The notes below the pieces were generated by a model, which was not told the origin of the DNA, searched no databases, and was given only the letters and a program-made list of their open reading frames with translations. Both the position numbers and the translations under genes were made by a program. From positions 14,419-78,418 of the forward strand of contig JAMJQQ010000124.1 in assembly GCA_023554445.1 (NCBI GenBank): 64,000 nucleotides of DNA, given 5' to 3'. This stretch comes from Candidatus Carthagonibacter metallireducens (GTDB lineage Bacteria; Gemmatimonadota; Gemmatimonadetes; Palauibacterales; Palauibacteraceae). This document shows, piece by piece, positions 38,590 to 49,790 of this stretch; position 1 is the stretch's first letter; each line of letters opens with the position of its first letter.

Positions 38590-39525
38590 TCAGAGCTCCT
38601 CGGGACCATCGGAATCCGGGGAGCTGTCCGGCCCGCCCCGTTCCCGTCCGTCCTCGTCCACTGGACGCATGCGTGATCGATCGACCGTTCGTGGCCGACC
38701 GGCGACTCGTATCTCGACCGGGTCGCCGCGTCTCAGTCCGTATCCACCGGGCGGATACTGGCCGACGATCGTTCCCGGCGAGTCGGCCGACAGAGGATCG
38801 TAGCTGATCGCCCCCAGCACGAGCCCCGACGATTCCAGGATGCCCCTGGCCTCATCGATGAATCGTCCCGAGAGCACCGGCACCGAGGTAAGCGGTGAGC
38901 CTCGACTGACCAGGAGCGTCACGTCGGCCGGAACGGTCAGCTCGGTTCCCGCTTCCGGCTCGGTTCGGATCGCACGGCCCGCCTCGCTGGGGTGCGTCGC
39001 CGTCTCCGCCGCGACGCGGAATCCGAGCCGTTCGAGGAGAATCGAGGCCTGCCTCTCGCTGAGACCTGCGACATCCGGAATCGAATGCGCTTCGGGCCCC
39101 CGGCTGAGCGTCACCTCCACGGGCGCTCCAGGACGCACCGACTGTCCGGGAATCGGACTCTGTGCCAGCACCGCGCCCTCGGGCGCCTGCGGGTGCGACA
39201 CCGTCGATCGAATCCCGTACTCGAGCCCGACCTTCTCCAGCCTCTGCCGCGCGTCGGGGTCATCGAGACCGACGAGCTCGGGCACGCTGACCAGAGGTCC
39301 GACGTCGGCCGGTGCGTTGTCGGAGGGAAGCCAGAGACCGGCACCGAGGTACCCGGCGAGAAACAGCCCCGCAATCAGCACTCCGGTTCCGAGCCAGCGC
39401 TTCCATGCGTTCGAAGAGGGGGGCCGGCCCTCGCCGACCGGGTCCGACGGGCCCGGGCCAGCGGTATTCGACTCGCGTTGTGACGGACGACTCCGCCTGA
39501 GTCCCCGCCTCCGCCTGTAGGTCAT
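38590..39525 (-). CDS. Membrane-anchored PASTA-repeat protein (three repeats, no kinase)
   Basis: TM then VPELVG / IPDVAG / VPVLSG repeats with Q.P.G...V...S.G. Confidence 0.88.
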   Translation of the reverse strand: MTYRRRRGLRRSRPSQRESNTAGPGPSDPVGEGRPPSSNAWKRWLGTGVLIAGLFLAGYLGAGLWLPSDNAPADVGPLVSVPELVGLDDPDARQRLEKVGLEYGIRSTVSHPQAPEGAVLAQSPIPGQSVRPGAPVEVTLSRGPEAHSIPDVAGLSERQASILLERLGFRVAAETATHPSEAGRAIRTEPEAGTELTVPADVTLLVSRGSPLTSVPVLSGRFIDEARGILESSGLVLGAISYDPLSADSPGTIVGQYPPGGYGLRRGDPVEIRVAGRPRTVDRSRMRPVDEDGRERGGPDSSPDSDGPEEL

Positions 39526-40871
39526 CCGTTGTCGCCTTTTCTCAGTCGGCTCGCAAAAGCCCCATCGGTTCCCGTCTCGAAGGGCAGGACCTCCAGGTCG
39601 CCGCACTCCGTCAGGCACTTCTCCGCTCGCCCCGTCATTCCGGTCGAAGGCTCGCGCTCGAACTCCGGTCGGCGAGACAGGAACGATTCCACCTGCGCCT
39701 GGTTCTCCTCGGGCTCGAGCGAGCAGGTGGCGTACACCAGCAATCCGCCCGGCTCGAGCAGCTCGGCGCAGGCATCCAGCAACTCGGCCTGCAGGTCGCG
39801 AAGCGAGTCCAGACGTCGCTCCGAGATCCGCCATCGCGCGTCCGGCCTGCGCCGCAATACACCCGTGCCCGAACAGGGGGCATCGAGCAGGACCGTCCGG
39901 GCCGACCGGATCGCCGGTCGGCGCCCGTCCATCACCACCGGTCGGGCGTCCGACCCGGTGCGTCGAAGGGTCTCGGCCGCGAGTCGCGTCCGCGCGACCG
40001 CGACATCGGCTGCGACGAAGGGTCGCGCACCCGGTGCGAGCTGTGCGAGTGCGGCAGCCTTGCCTCCGGGCGCCGCACACACGTCCAGAACGGGACCCTC
40101 GATCTCCGGTCCGATGAACTCTACCACGGCCGAGGCGGCAGGATCCTGCGCGATCGCCTTCCTGCGTGCCAGTACGCGGGCAGGGTCTCCGGCCATGAGC
40201 CGTACCATTCCCGGCCAGTCCGGCAGCGGCTCGAGCGAAAGTTCCGAATCCGTGTCACCCGGCTCGAGATTCCCGCTCCGGGATTCGAGCAGCCGCAGCG
40301 TGACGGGCGGCGCACGATTGTCATTCTCCACGAGCCTACGTACGTCGGCAAGCGGCCATCGCGCCAGCCACCGGCGGATCAGCCAGTCGGGATGAGACCC
40401 GTACGTGCTCAGCCACGCCTCGGGCGTCGTCTCCGGATCGGGAAATACGGGGGGCTCGCGTGCCTCTCGATCGGCACGTCGAAGCACGGCATTCGCGAGT
40501 CCCGACGGGCCGCGACCCAATTCGCTGCGCGTGCCTTCCACTGTCGCGTGCACGGCCGCGTGCGGCGGAATCCGGGTCTCGCGGAGCTGGTAGAGACCGA
40601 GCCGCAACCAGTCCAGCAATGGAGGATCGAGGGTCGTCAGCGGACGATCGACCAGACCTGAGAGCTCTGCGTCGAGGCGATCGCGGAGGCGTATCGTGCC
40701 GTACGCGAGTTCCTGCCCCAGGGCCCGGTCCCTGCCCGTCAGTTCGCGGAAGCGATCTGCGGCCGCGCGATCGGCGTATGAGCCCTTTCGCACATCCGAC
40801 AGCACCCGGAACGCGGCTCTCCTGACCTCTACTCCCGGACCGCCCGCCCCGCGATCGCGGCGGCTCACCAC
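39522..40871 (-). CDS. rsmB: 16S rRNA m5C967 methyltransferase
   Basis: NusB-like N-terminus; QD.AS, D.CAAPGGK, DAPCSGTG, YATCS; start approximate. Confidence 0.92.
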   Translation of the reverse strand: MVSRRDRGAGGPGVEVRRAAFRVLSDVRKGSYADRAAADRFRELTGRDRALGQELAYGTIRLRDRLDAELSGLVDRPLTTLDPPLLDWLRLGLYQLRETRIPPHAAVHATVEGTRSELGRGPSGLANAVLRRADREAREPPVFPDPETTPEAWLSTYGSHPDWLIRRWLARWPLADVRRLVENDNRAPPVTLRLLESRSGNLEPGDTDSELSLEPLPDWPGMVRLMAGDPARVLARRKAIAQDPAASAVVEFIGPEIEGPVLDVCAAPGGKAAALAQLAPGARPFVAADVAVARTRLAAETLRRTGSDARPVVMDGRRPAIRSARTVLLDAPCSGTGVLRRRPDARWRISERRLDSLRDLQAELLDACAELLEPGGLLVYATCSLEPEENQAQVESFLSRRPEFEREPSTGMTGRAEKCLTECGDLEVLPFETGTDGAFASRLRKGDNG

Positions 40872-40875
40872 CGCT

Positions 40876-41679
40876 TCAGCCGAGCATTCCGGTCGAAGGA
40901 CTCGACGGCACACCCCACTCCCGCGTCGGCATCCGCCCCGCGAGCCAGGCCGCGCGACCGGCTCGGACTGCCTCCCGCATCGCTCCGGCCATCAGGACGG
41001 GACGCTCGGCGGCCGCCAGCGCCGTGTTCATCAGGATCCCGTCGACCCCCTGCTCCATGGTCAGGCAGGCATCGGAGGCGGTCCCCACTCCTGCGTCCAC
41101 GATCACCGGAACCGAGAGACGCGCCTTGAGGATGCGGATGTTGATCGGATTCAGGAGTCCGAGTCCACTTCCGATCGGCGAAGCCAGGGGCATGACTGCG
41201 GCTGCCCCCGCCTCCTCGAGGCGCAGGGCGGTGATCAGGTCATCGTTCGTATAGGGCAGAACCGTGAATCCCTCGTCGACGAGAACCCGCGTGGCCTCGA
41301 GGAGCGCATCTGTATCGGGCAGAAGTGTCTCCTGGTCCCCGATCACTTCCAGCTTTACCCAGCTGGAGAGTCCGACCTCCCGGCCCAGACGAGCGTAGCG
41401 GATCGCGTCTTCTGCGGTGAAGCAACCGGCCGTGTTCGGCAGCAGGAAGAACTCCTCGGGATCGAGGTGGTGAAGCAGGCTCTCCTGGTTCGTCGCGTCG
41501 AGATCTACCCGACGCACCGCCACCGTGACCATCTCGGCGCCCGAGGCACGAACCGCGTCCACCGTTTCCTCGTGGCTCGCGTACTTCCCCGTGCCCACGA
41601 TCAGACGGGAGGTGAACTCCCGCTCCGCTATGATGAGAAGATCGCCGCTCGGCAGATCCTCGAGGGTCCGTAACGTCAT
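40876..41679 (-). CDS. thiG: Thiazole synthase
   Basis: [40 protein letters not shown]. Confidence 0.97.
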   Translation of the reverse strand: MTLRTLEDLPSGDLLIIAEREFTSRLIVGTGKYASHEETVDAVRASGAEMVTVAVRRVDLDATNQESLLHHLDPEEFFLLPNTAGCFTAEDAIRYARLGREVGLSSWVKLEVIGDQETLLPDTDALLEATRVLVDEGFTVLPYTNDDLITALRLEEAGAAAVMPLASPIGSGLGLLNPINIRILKARLSVPVIVDAGVGTASDACLTMEQGVDGILMNTALAAAERPVLMAGAMREAVRAGRAAWLAGRMPTREWGVPSSPSTGMLG

Positions 41680-41737
41680 TCCCTTTTCCTCCCCTGGAGT
41701 CCGGGGTGCAAGTGGTTGAAACTGCGCCCGTATCGAC

Positions 41738-41938
41738 TCAGCCGCCGCCCACGAACTGGACGATCTCGTACGAGTCGCCCTCGGCCACCCTGACGGCCTC
41801 GAGATCATCGCGTCGCACGATCTCCCGATTTCTCTCGACCACCACCATGCGGGAATCCAGCCCGAGTTCGTGGAGAAGATCCTGCACGGTGCCGCTCGAT
41901 TCCAGCTCGACCGGTTTGCCGTTGACCTCGATGCGCAT
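41738..41938 (-). CDS. thiS: ThiS sulfur carrier (possible internal start in fusion)
   Basis: Ubiquitin-like 66 aa ending GGG; GAGGAG upstream of ATG 41938; precedes thiG. Confidence 0.8.
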   Translation of the reverse strand: MRIEVNGKPVELESSGTVQDLLHELGLDSRMVVVERNREIVRRDDLEAVRVAEGDSYEIVQFVGGG

Positions 41939-42592
41939 CCGTATCCCGCTCCTCAAGCGTGAGGTTTCCAGTTCCGCAATCAGCCGCCGAACTGCGTCAG
42001 CCGGGTCATGCGCGCCCCATACGGCCCGGATCACGGCCACGCCGGAAGCACCGGCCTCGATCACGGTAGAAACGCGGCTCTCGTCGATCCCTCCGATCGC
42101 GATCACGGGCGCCTCGAGTCCGAAACAACCATGGATCCTCGAAACTCCCGCTCCCGGTTCGTCGGGGTGACTCGCCGTCGGGAAGATCGTACCCAGCAGC
42201 AGGAAGTCTGCTCCTGCCTGATCCGCCCGGAAGGCCTCCGCCTCCGAATGAACCGATACCCCGATCGCGCAATCTCCACCGAGCAGTTCCCTGGCGGCAT
42301 CGATCGGCAACGCGCCGTGTCCGAGCTGAACGGCATCGACATCGATGAGCTTCGCCACGTCGGTGCGGCCGTTGATCACGATCCATCCACCGGTCCGGGA
42401 CGAGATCGGCGACAGCGCACGGGCGAGTTCCCAACATCGGCGGGCCGATACTCTTCGCGGCCGCAAATGCAGCGCGAGTCCGGCACCGCCCGCAGTGCAC
42501 AGCGCGGACATCGTCAGCAGCGCATCCTCGCGCTCGAGCTGATCATCCGGACAGATCACGTGGAGGCCCGGTACGCTCCGAGGTCGGATCAA
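41738..42592 (-). CDS. TenI/ThiE-like TIM barrel in frame with C-terminal ThiS sulfur carrier
   Basis: TTG overlapping fmt stop; [21 protein letters not shown], then without a stop MRIEVNG...VERN.EIV...EIVQFVGGG. Confidence 0.85.
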   Translation of the reverse strand: MIRPRSVPGLHVICPDDQLEREDALLTMSALCTAGGAGLALHLRPRRVSARRCWELARALSPISSRTGGWIVINGRTDVAKLIDVDAVQLGHGALPIDAARELLGGDCAIGVSVHSEAEAFRADQAGADFLLLGTIFPTASHPDEPGAGVSRIHGCFGLEAPVIAIGGIDESRVSTVIEAGASGVAVIRAVWGAHDPADAVRRLIAELETSRLRSGIRMRIEVNGKPVELESSGTVQDLLHELGLDSRMVVVERNREIVRRDDLEAVRVAEGDSYEIVQFVGGG

Positions 42593-43533
42593 TCGAATCG
42601 GTCGCCCTCCTTCACGCCTCGTCCGCCGACCCACGCCGCCGACGGCATCCGTCCCTTGCCAGCGGGCTTGACCTCGCCGATCCGAAGTCGGCCGCCTCCC
42701 GTTGCCACCTCCACACCGCCTCGAACGTCGGCCCGGACGACTGTCCCGGGCGCCGCCGGAGAAGTCCCCTCCGGGCTTTCCTCGACGAGTTCGGGACGGA
42801 AGATCTGAACGGGCTGATCGCCGAGCTTCGACCAGGCAGCCGGCCACGGGTCGCAACCGCGAATCCAGCGGTGCAGCTCCCCGGCATCCAGCGTCCAGTC
42901 CACGCGGGCGTCATCCCGGGCCAGCTTCGGTGCGTACGTCGCCCTCTCGTGTTCCTGTTCGGATTCCTCCAGCACGCCCGCCTCCATCTGCGCGAGTGCC
43001 TCGATCAGCGCCGTCGCCCCCATCTCGCTCAGCATCAGGTACAACTCGCCCGCCGTGATGTCGTCGGGCAGGGGCGTCGCGACCCGATACAGGATCGGCC
43101 CGGCATCGAGTTCCCTGACCATCCGCATGATCGTGACGCCCGAATGCGAGTGTCCGAGAATGATCGCCCAGTTCACGGGCGCCGCGCCGCGAAGCTCGGG
43201 CAGCAGCGAGGCATGTACGTTCACCGATCCGAGGCGCGGAAGTGCCAGCACCTCGTCCGTCAGGATGTGCCCGTAAGCGGCGACGACCGAGAGATCCGGC
43301 TCGAGCGCCTCGATCTCCGCCTGAAACGCCTCGCCTCGCGGCTTCTCCGGCTGGAGGACCGGAATCCCCTCTCTCTCCGCCTCGATCTTCACCGGGCTTT
43401 CGCGCAATTGACGGCCCCGGCCCGCGGGACGATCCGGCTGCGTCACTACTGCGAGGACCGCATGTCCCTCCTCCTGCAGCGCGCGCAGCGATGGGACAGC
43501 GAATTCGGGAGTCCCCCAGAACAGGATCCGCAT
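42589..43533 (-). CDS. fmt: Methionyl-tRNA formyltransferase
   Basis: GTPEFAVPSL, TQPDRP.GRG, NVHASLLP..RGAAP. Confidence 0.97.
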   Translation of the reverse strand: MRILFWGTPEFAVPSLRALQEEGHAVLAVVTQPDRPAGRGRQLRESPVKIEAEREGIPVLQPEKPRGEAFQAEIEALEPDLSVVAAYGHILTDEVLALPRLGSVNVHASLLPELRGAAPVNWAIILGHSHSGVTIMRMVRELDAGPILYRVATPLPDDITAGELYLMLSEMGATALIEALAQMEAGVLEESEQEHERATYAPKLARDDARVDWTLDAGELHRWIRGCDPWPAAWSKLGDQPVQIFRPELVEESPEGTSPAAPGTVVRADVRGGVEVATGGGRLRIGEVKPAGKGRMPSAAWVGGRGVKEGDRFD

Positions 43534-43597
43534 CTGCCTCTCCGGGCGGTGAGGGTTGGGTGGTTGGCCGGGCCCCGCGGGGGATACCTCGGCCCTG

Positions 43598-44119
43598 TCA
43601 GACGGCGGTGGCCGGACGTCTCTCCGACTCGTCCAGCTTGGCCCACTTGTTCAGCAGCATCCGACGCTTGAGCGGGCTCAGGCGGTCGATGAACAGGACA
43701 CCGTCGAGGTGATCGTATTCGTGCTGCAGACAGCGGCTGAGCAGATCGTCTGCCTCGATTCGGATCTCTCTCCCCTCTCGGTCCAGGCCTTCGACCACCA
43801 CGGTCGCGTACCGCTCCACCGTCTCGTCGAACCCGGGAATGCTGAGACAGCCCTCGGTGTCGCGGACCGTTCCCCCGGCCTCCACGATGCGGGGGTTGAT
43901 CAGGGCGCCCGGTTCGATATCGGGGTCCCGTATGTCGTACACGAACACCCGCAGCGGAATCCCGACCTGGGGCGCCGCGAGTCCGATCCCGTCGGCGGCT
44001 TCCATCGTATCGATCAGGTCGTCCACCAGACGCCGGACCTCGTCGTCCACCGTCTCGACTTCCTCGCATCGCGCTCGCAGGGCCGGGTCACCGAGCACCC
44101 GGATCTCTCTCACCGCCAT
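43598..44119 (-). CDS. def: Peptide deformylase
   Basis: GIGLAAPQ, EGCLS, QHE.DHL.G. Confidence 0.97.
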   Translation of the reverse strand: MAVREIRVLGDPALRARCEEVETVDDEVRRLVDDLIDTMEAADGIGLAAPQVGIPLRVFVYDIRDPDIEPGALINPRIVEAGGTVRDTEGCLSIPGFDETVERYATVVVEGLDREGREIRIEADDLLSRCLQHEYDHLDGVLFIDRLSPLKRRMLLNKWAKLDESERRPATAV

Positions 44120-44121
44120 CT

Positions 44122-44448
44122 TCAGGTGTCCGAGCCACCCGAAGTGAACTTGCGTCCGACCTTCGATCGTTCGACTTCGAGTCGCGTGTCTCCGGCAGAC
44201 CGGATCGTCACGCGGTCATCGGTCAGGTGCACGATCTTCCCGACGATTCCGCCTATCGTCTCGACCTCGTCACCCTTCGAGAGCTGCGCCACCATTTCCG
44301 CGTGCGCCTTCTGCTGCTGCTTCTGCGGTCGGATCAGCAGGAAATAGAAGATCGCGAAAATCGCCGCGAACATGAACAACATGCCGAATGGGCTCTGCCC
44401 CTGCGGAGAGCCCGAGGCCTGCAGGATCAACATCTGTACTGTCGGCAC
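44122..44448 (-). CDS. yajC: Preprotein translocase subunit YajC
   Basis: FYFLLIRPQ, L.KGDEV.T.GGI.G; follows tgt. Confidence 0.95.
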   Translation of the reverse strand: MPTVQMLILQASGSPQGQSPFGMLFMFAAIFAIFYFLLIRPQKQQQKAHAEMVAQLSKGDEVETIGGIVGKIVHLTDDRVTIRSAGDTRLEVERSKVGRKFTSGGSDT

Positions 44449-44477
44449 GATACCTCACCTCCATCGTCGGTCGTGAA

Positions 44478-46724
<2,247 letters not shown>

Positions 46725-46735
<11 letters not shown>

Positions 46736-47768
46736 CACCGAACAGGGTGGATTGCGGTCCCTCCGTATCCGGCAGGGAATACCCGAAGCGCTGGAACGCC
46801 CTGCGGGTCGCGGTTCTCCCGCGCGCGGTCCGCTGGAGGTATCCGGTCTGGATCAGATAAGGCTCGTAGACTTCCTCCAGCGTCGAGGCATCTTCGCCGA
46901 CCGCGACCGCCAGCGAATTCAGGCCGACCGGACCCCCGTCGAAGTTCTCGATGATCGCCTTGAGAATACGGCCGTCCATCTCGTCCAGACCGTACTCGTC
47001 CACGTTGAGCATCTCGAGGGCGGAGCGGGCGGTCGGCCCGTCGACCGTGCCGTCGCCTCGAACCTCGGCGAAGTCTCGCACCCGTCGAAGAAGCCGGTTG
47101 GCGATCCTCGGGGTCCCGCGGGAGCGACGGGCGATCTCACTCGCGCCATCCTCACGGACCGGCACGCCGAGAATCGACGCCGACCGGGTGACGATCTTCT
47201 GCAGGTCTTCCGCCGGGTAGTAGCCGAGCCGCTCGACCACCCCGAACCGAGCACGCATCGGAGCCGTGAGCAGTCCGAATCGCGTCGTGGCCCCGACCAG
47301 AGTGAACCTCTCGATCCGCATCGAAACGGTCTGGGCACGCGCGCCGTCGCTCAGGCGGATCTCGATCCGGTAGTCCTCCATCGCGGGATAGAGATACTCC
47401 TCGATCACCGGCCGCAGACGGTGGATCTCGTCGATGAACAGAATGTCCCGCGGCTCGAGATTGGTGAGCAGCGCCGCCAGATCTCCCGGCTTCTCGAGCA
47501 CCGGACCGGACGTGACCTTGATGTTCACCCCCAGCTCACGCGCCATGAGGATCGCCAGCGTCGTCTTTCCGAGCCCCGGAGGTCCGAAGAACAGGGCATG
47601 GTCCAGCGCTTCCTCTCGACCGAGGGCGGCCCGTATGTAGACGTCCAGGGCCTCCTTGACCTTCTCCTGGCCGACGAATTCCGCCAGCCGGGCGGGCCTG
47701 AGCGACTGCTCCAGGGTCTCCTCGCCGGCGAGCGGATCCGGCGTCGTCACTTCTATCCTCTCCGTCAT
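46725..47768 (-). CDS. ruvB: Holliday junction helicase RuvB
   Basis: [34 protein letters not shown]. Confidence 0.98.
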
Positions 47769-47822
47769 TTCAACTCCGTAATCGGAGACCGGGAAGACAC
47801 CATTCCGCGATCCTCGTCAGCA

Positions 47823-48419
47823 TCAGAGGTGACGCAGCGCCGCCCGGACCAGCGCCTCGATCTCGAGAATCTCGGGGGCGGCTTCGCGGCGGGCCGCCGC
47901 CACGGCCGACTCGGCCTCCGCCGCCGAGTATCCGAGGGCCCGCAGCGCTTCCAGTGCTTCCGCCACGCCTCCGGGCCCGGTCCCGGCCCGGACTCCATCG
48001 TCACGCCACCCGAGATCGTCGAGCTTGTCAGAGAGCTCGAGCACGAGGCGCTCAGCCGTCTTCTTCCCGACCCCGCTCACGGTCTGGAGAACCGCGGCTT
48101 CCTTCGATCGGATCGCTCCCACCACCCGGCGGGCGGGCAGCGCGCTGAGAATCGCCAGCGAGAGCATCGGCCCGACTCCCGACACGGTTCGCAGCCGCAG
48201 GAAGAGGTCCCGGTCCCGGTCGGTGACGAATCCGAACAGGAGGAGCGTGTCCTCGCGAACCGCCAGGGTAGCGTAGAGCTCGACCGTCTCGCCGATCGCG
48301 GGCAGTCCTTCGAATACGCCTGTCGGCACATGCAGAACGTATCCCACACCGCCGGGTGTCATCAGCGTAACCCGGTCGGTCTTCACTTCGACCAGCGCTC
48401 CGCGCACCCGACCGATCAT
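47823..48419 (-). CDS. ruvA: Holliday junction binding protein RuvA
   Basis: MIGRVRG, GVGY, VRED..LFGF, VSGVGKKTAERLVLEL. Confidence 0.96.
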   Translation of the reverse strand: MIGRVRGALVEVKTDRVTLMTPGGVGYVLHVPTGVFEGLPAIGETVELYATLAVREDTLLLFGFVTDRDRDLFLRLRTVSGVGPMLSLAILSALPARRVVGAIRSKEAAVLQTVSGVGKKTAERLVLELSDKLDDLGWRDDGVRAGTGPGGVAEALEALRALGYSAAEAESAVAAARREAAPEILEIEALVRAALRHL

Positions 48420-48922
48420 CGACTCATGCCCGCCCGGCGCGCCGCCAGTGGCCCGGTGCCGGTGAGAATGTGGCAGATGGCGGCCGCACACCCGTCGGCG
48501 GCGTCGCTGGGACGGGGAGGCTCGGCGAGACCGAGCAGCTTCTGCACCATCCAGCCCACCTGGTCCTTGGTGGCGCGACCCGTGCCGACGACGGCCTTCT
48601 TGATCTCGGCGGGAGGATACTCGGCGACCAGCAGTCCACGCCCGGCGCCGGCGAGAAGAGCGACACCCCTTGCGTGCGCCAGAATCACCGCCGTACGGGG
48701 ATTTTCGCGGTAGAATACGCCCTCGACGGCCATGCACTCGGGCGCGGCCCGGTCGATCACGGCGAGAACCCCATCGTGGATTTCGAGCAGCCGGTCAGCC
48801 AGATCGGCCCCGCGCCTGGGGCGGATCACGCCGCACTCCACCAGGCTCACCCGGCGCGAGTCGCCATCCACGACGCCGAATCCCGTCGCCGCCGAACCGG
48901 GATCTATCCCCAGAACCCTCAT
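48416..48922 (-). CDS. ruvC: Holliday junction resolvase RuvC
   Basis: LGIDPG, HARG, G.G.A.K.QV, D.ADG. Confidence 0.96.
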   Translation of the reverse strand: MRVLGIDPGSAATGFGVVDGDSRRVSLVECGVIRPRRGADLADRLLEIHDGVLAVIDRAAPECMAVEGVFYRENPRTAVILAHARGVALLAGAGRGLLVAEYPPAEIKKAVVGTGRATKDQVGWMVQKLLGLAEPPRPSDAADGCAAAICHILTGTGPLAARRAGMSR

Positions 48923-48992
48923 GCAGACGCCGAGGGGACGGAGCCGCGCCCCGTCCCCCGATCCGATCCGCGGCAGGTGGCCGGCGTCGCGA

Positions 48993-49745
48993 TCATTCCG
49001 CTCCCATCGCCGCGAGCGCCTCGTCGTCGACCTCGAAATTCGCCCACAGCTTCATCACGTCATCGTGCTCCTCGAGATCCTCGATCAACCGGAGGAGACG
49101 GTCAGCTTCCTTGCCTTCGACCCGAATCGTGTTCTGCGGCAGCCAGGCGAGCTCGGCCTCCTCGATGTCGATGTTGGCGTCCGAGAGGGCCTCCTGCACG
49201 ACATGGAAGTCGCTCACCGCAGTGGTCAGGACGTGGGTGCCATCGTCGGTGCTGAGATCCTCGGCTCCGGCAGCGATCGCCGACTCGAAGACGGCTTCTT
49301 CCGTGAAGCGGCCGGCGTCCACGTATACCTGTCCCTTTCGCTCGAACATCCAGGCCACGGAACCGGTCTGGCCGAGGTTGCCCCCCGACTTCTCGATCCG
49401 GTGACGGATCTCGGCCACGGTGCGGTTCGTGTTGTCGGTCACGCACTCGAGCAGGAGCGCGACGCCGCCCGGCCCGTAGCCTTCGTAGGTCGTCTCCTCG
49501 AAGCTCATCCCGGGCAGTTCGCCGGTGCCTCGCTGGATCGCCCGGTCGATGTTCGAGGCCGGCATATTCACGGCTTTCGCAGCCGCGATCGCCGTTCGAA
49601 GCCGGGCGTTGAAGTTCGGATCTCCGCCCCCGAGACGCGCGGCCACCGCGATCTCCCGCCCCATCTTGCCGAATGTGCGCCCGCGGGCGGCATCCGTGAC
49701 GGCCTTCTGGCGCTTGATCTGCGCCCATTTGCTGTGTCCCGCCAA
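48993..49745 (-). CDS. yebC: YebC/PmpR family protein
   Basis: MAGHSKW, YEGYGPGG, TDN.NRT. Confidence 0.96.
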   Translation of the reverse strand: MAGHSKWAQIKRQKAVTDAARGRTFGKMGREIAVAARLGGGDPNFNARLRTAIAAAKAVNMPASNIDRAIQRGTGELPGMSFEETTYEGYGPGGVALLLECVTDNTNRTVAEIRHRIEKSGGNLGQTGSVAWMFERKGQVYVDAGRFTEEAVFESAIAAGAEDLSTDDGTHVLTTAVSDFHVVQEALSDANIDIEEAELAWLPQNTIRVEGKEADRLLRLIEDLEEHDDVMKLWANFEVDDEALAAMGAE

Positions 49746-49790
49746 CTGCGTCAGTCTCCCATCGGTCGTTTACGATCGCCCGGGCGTCGT

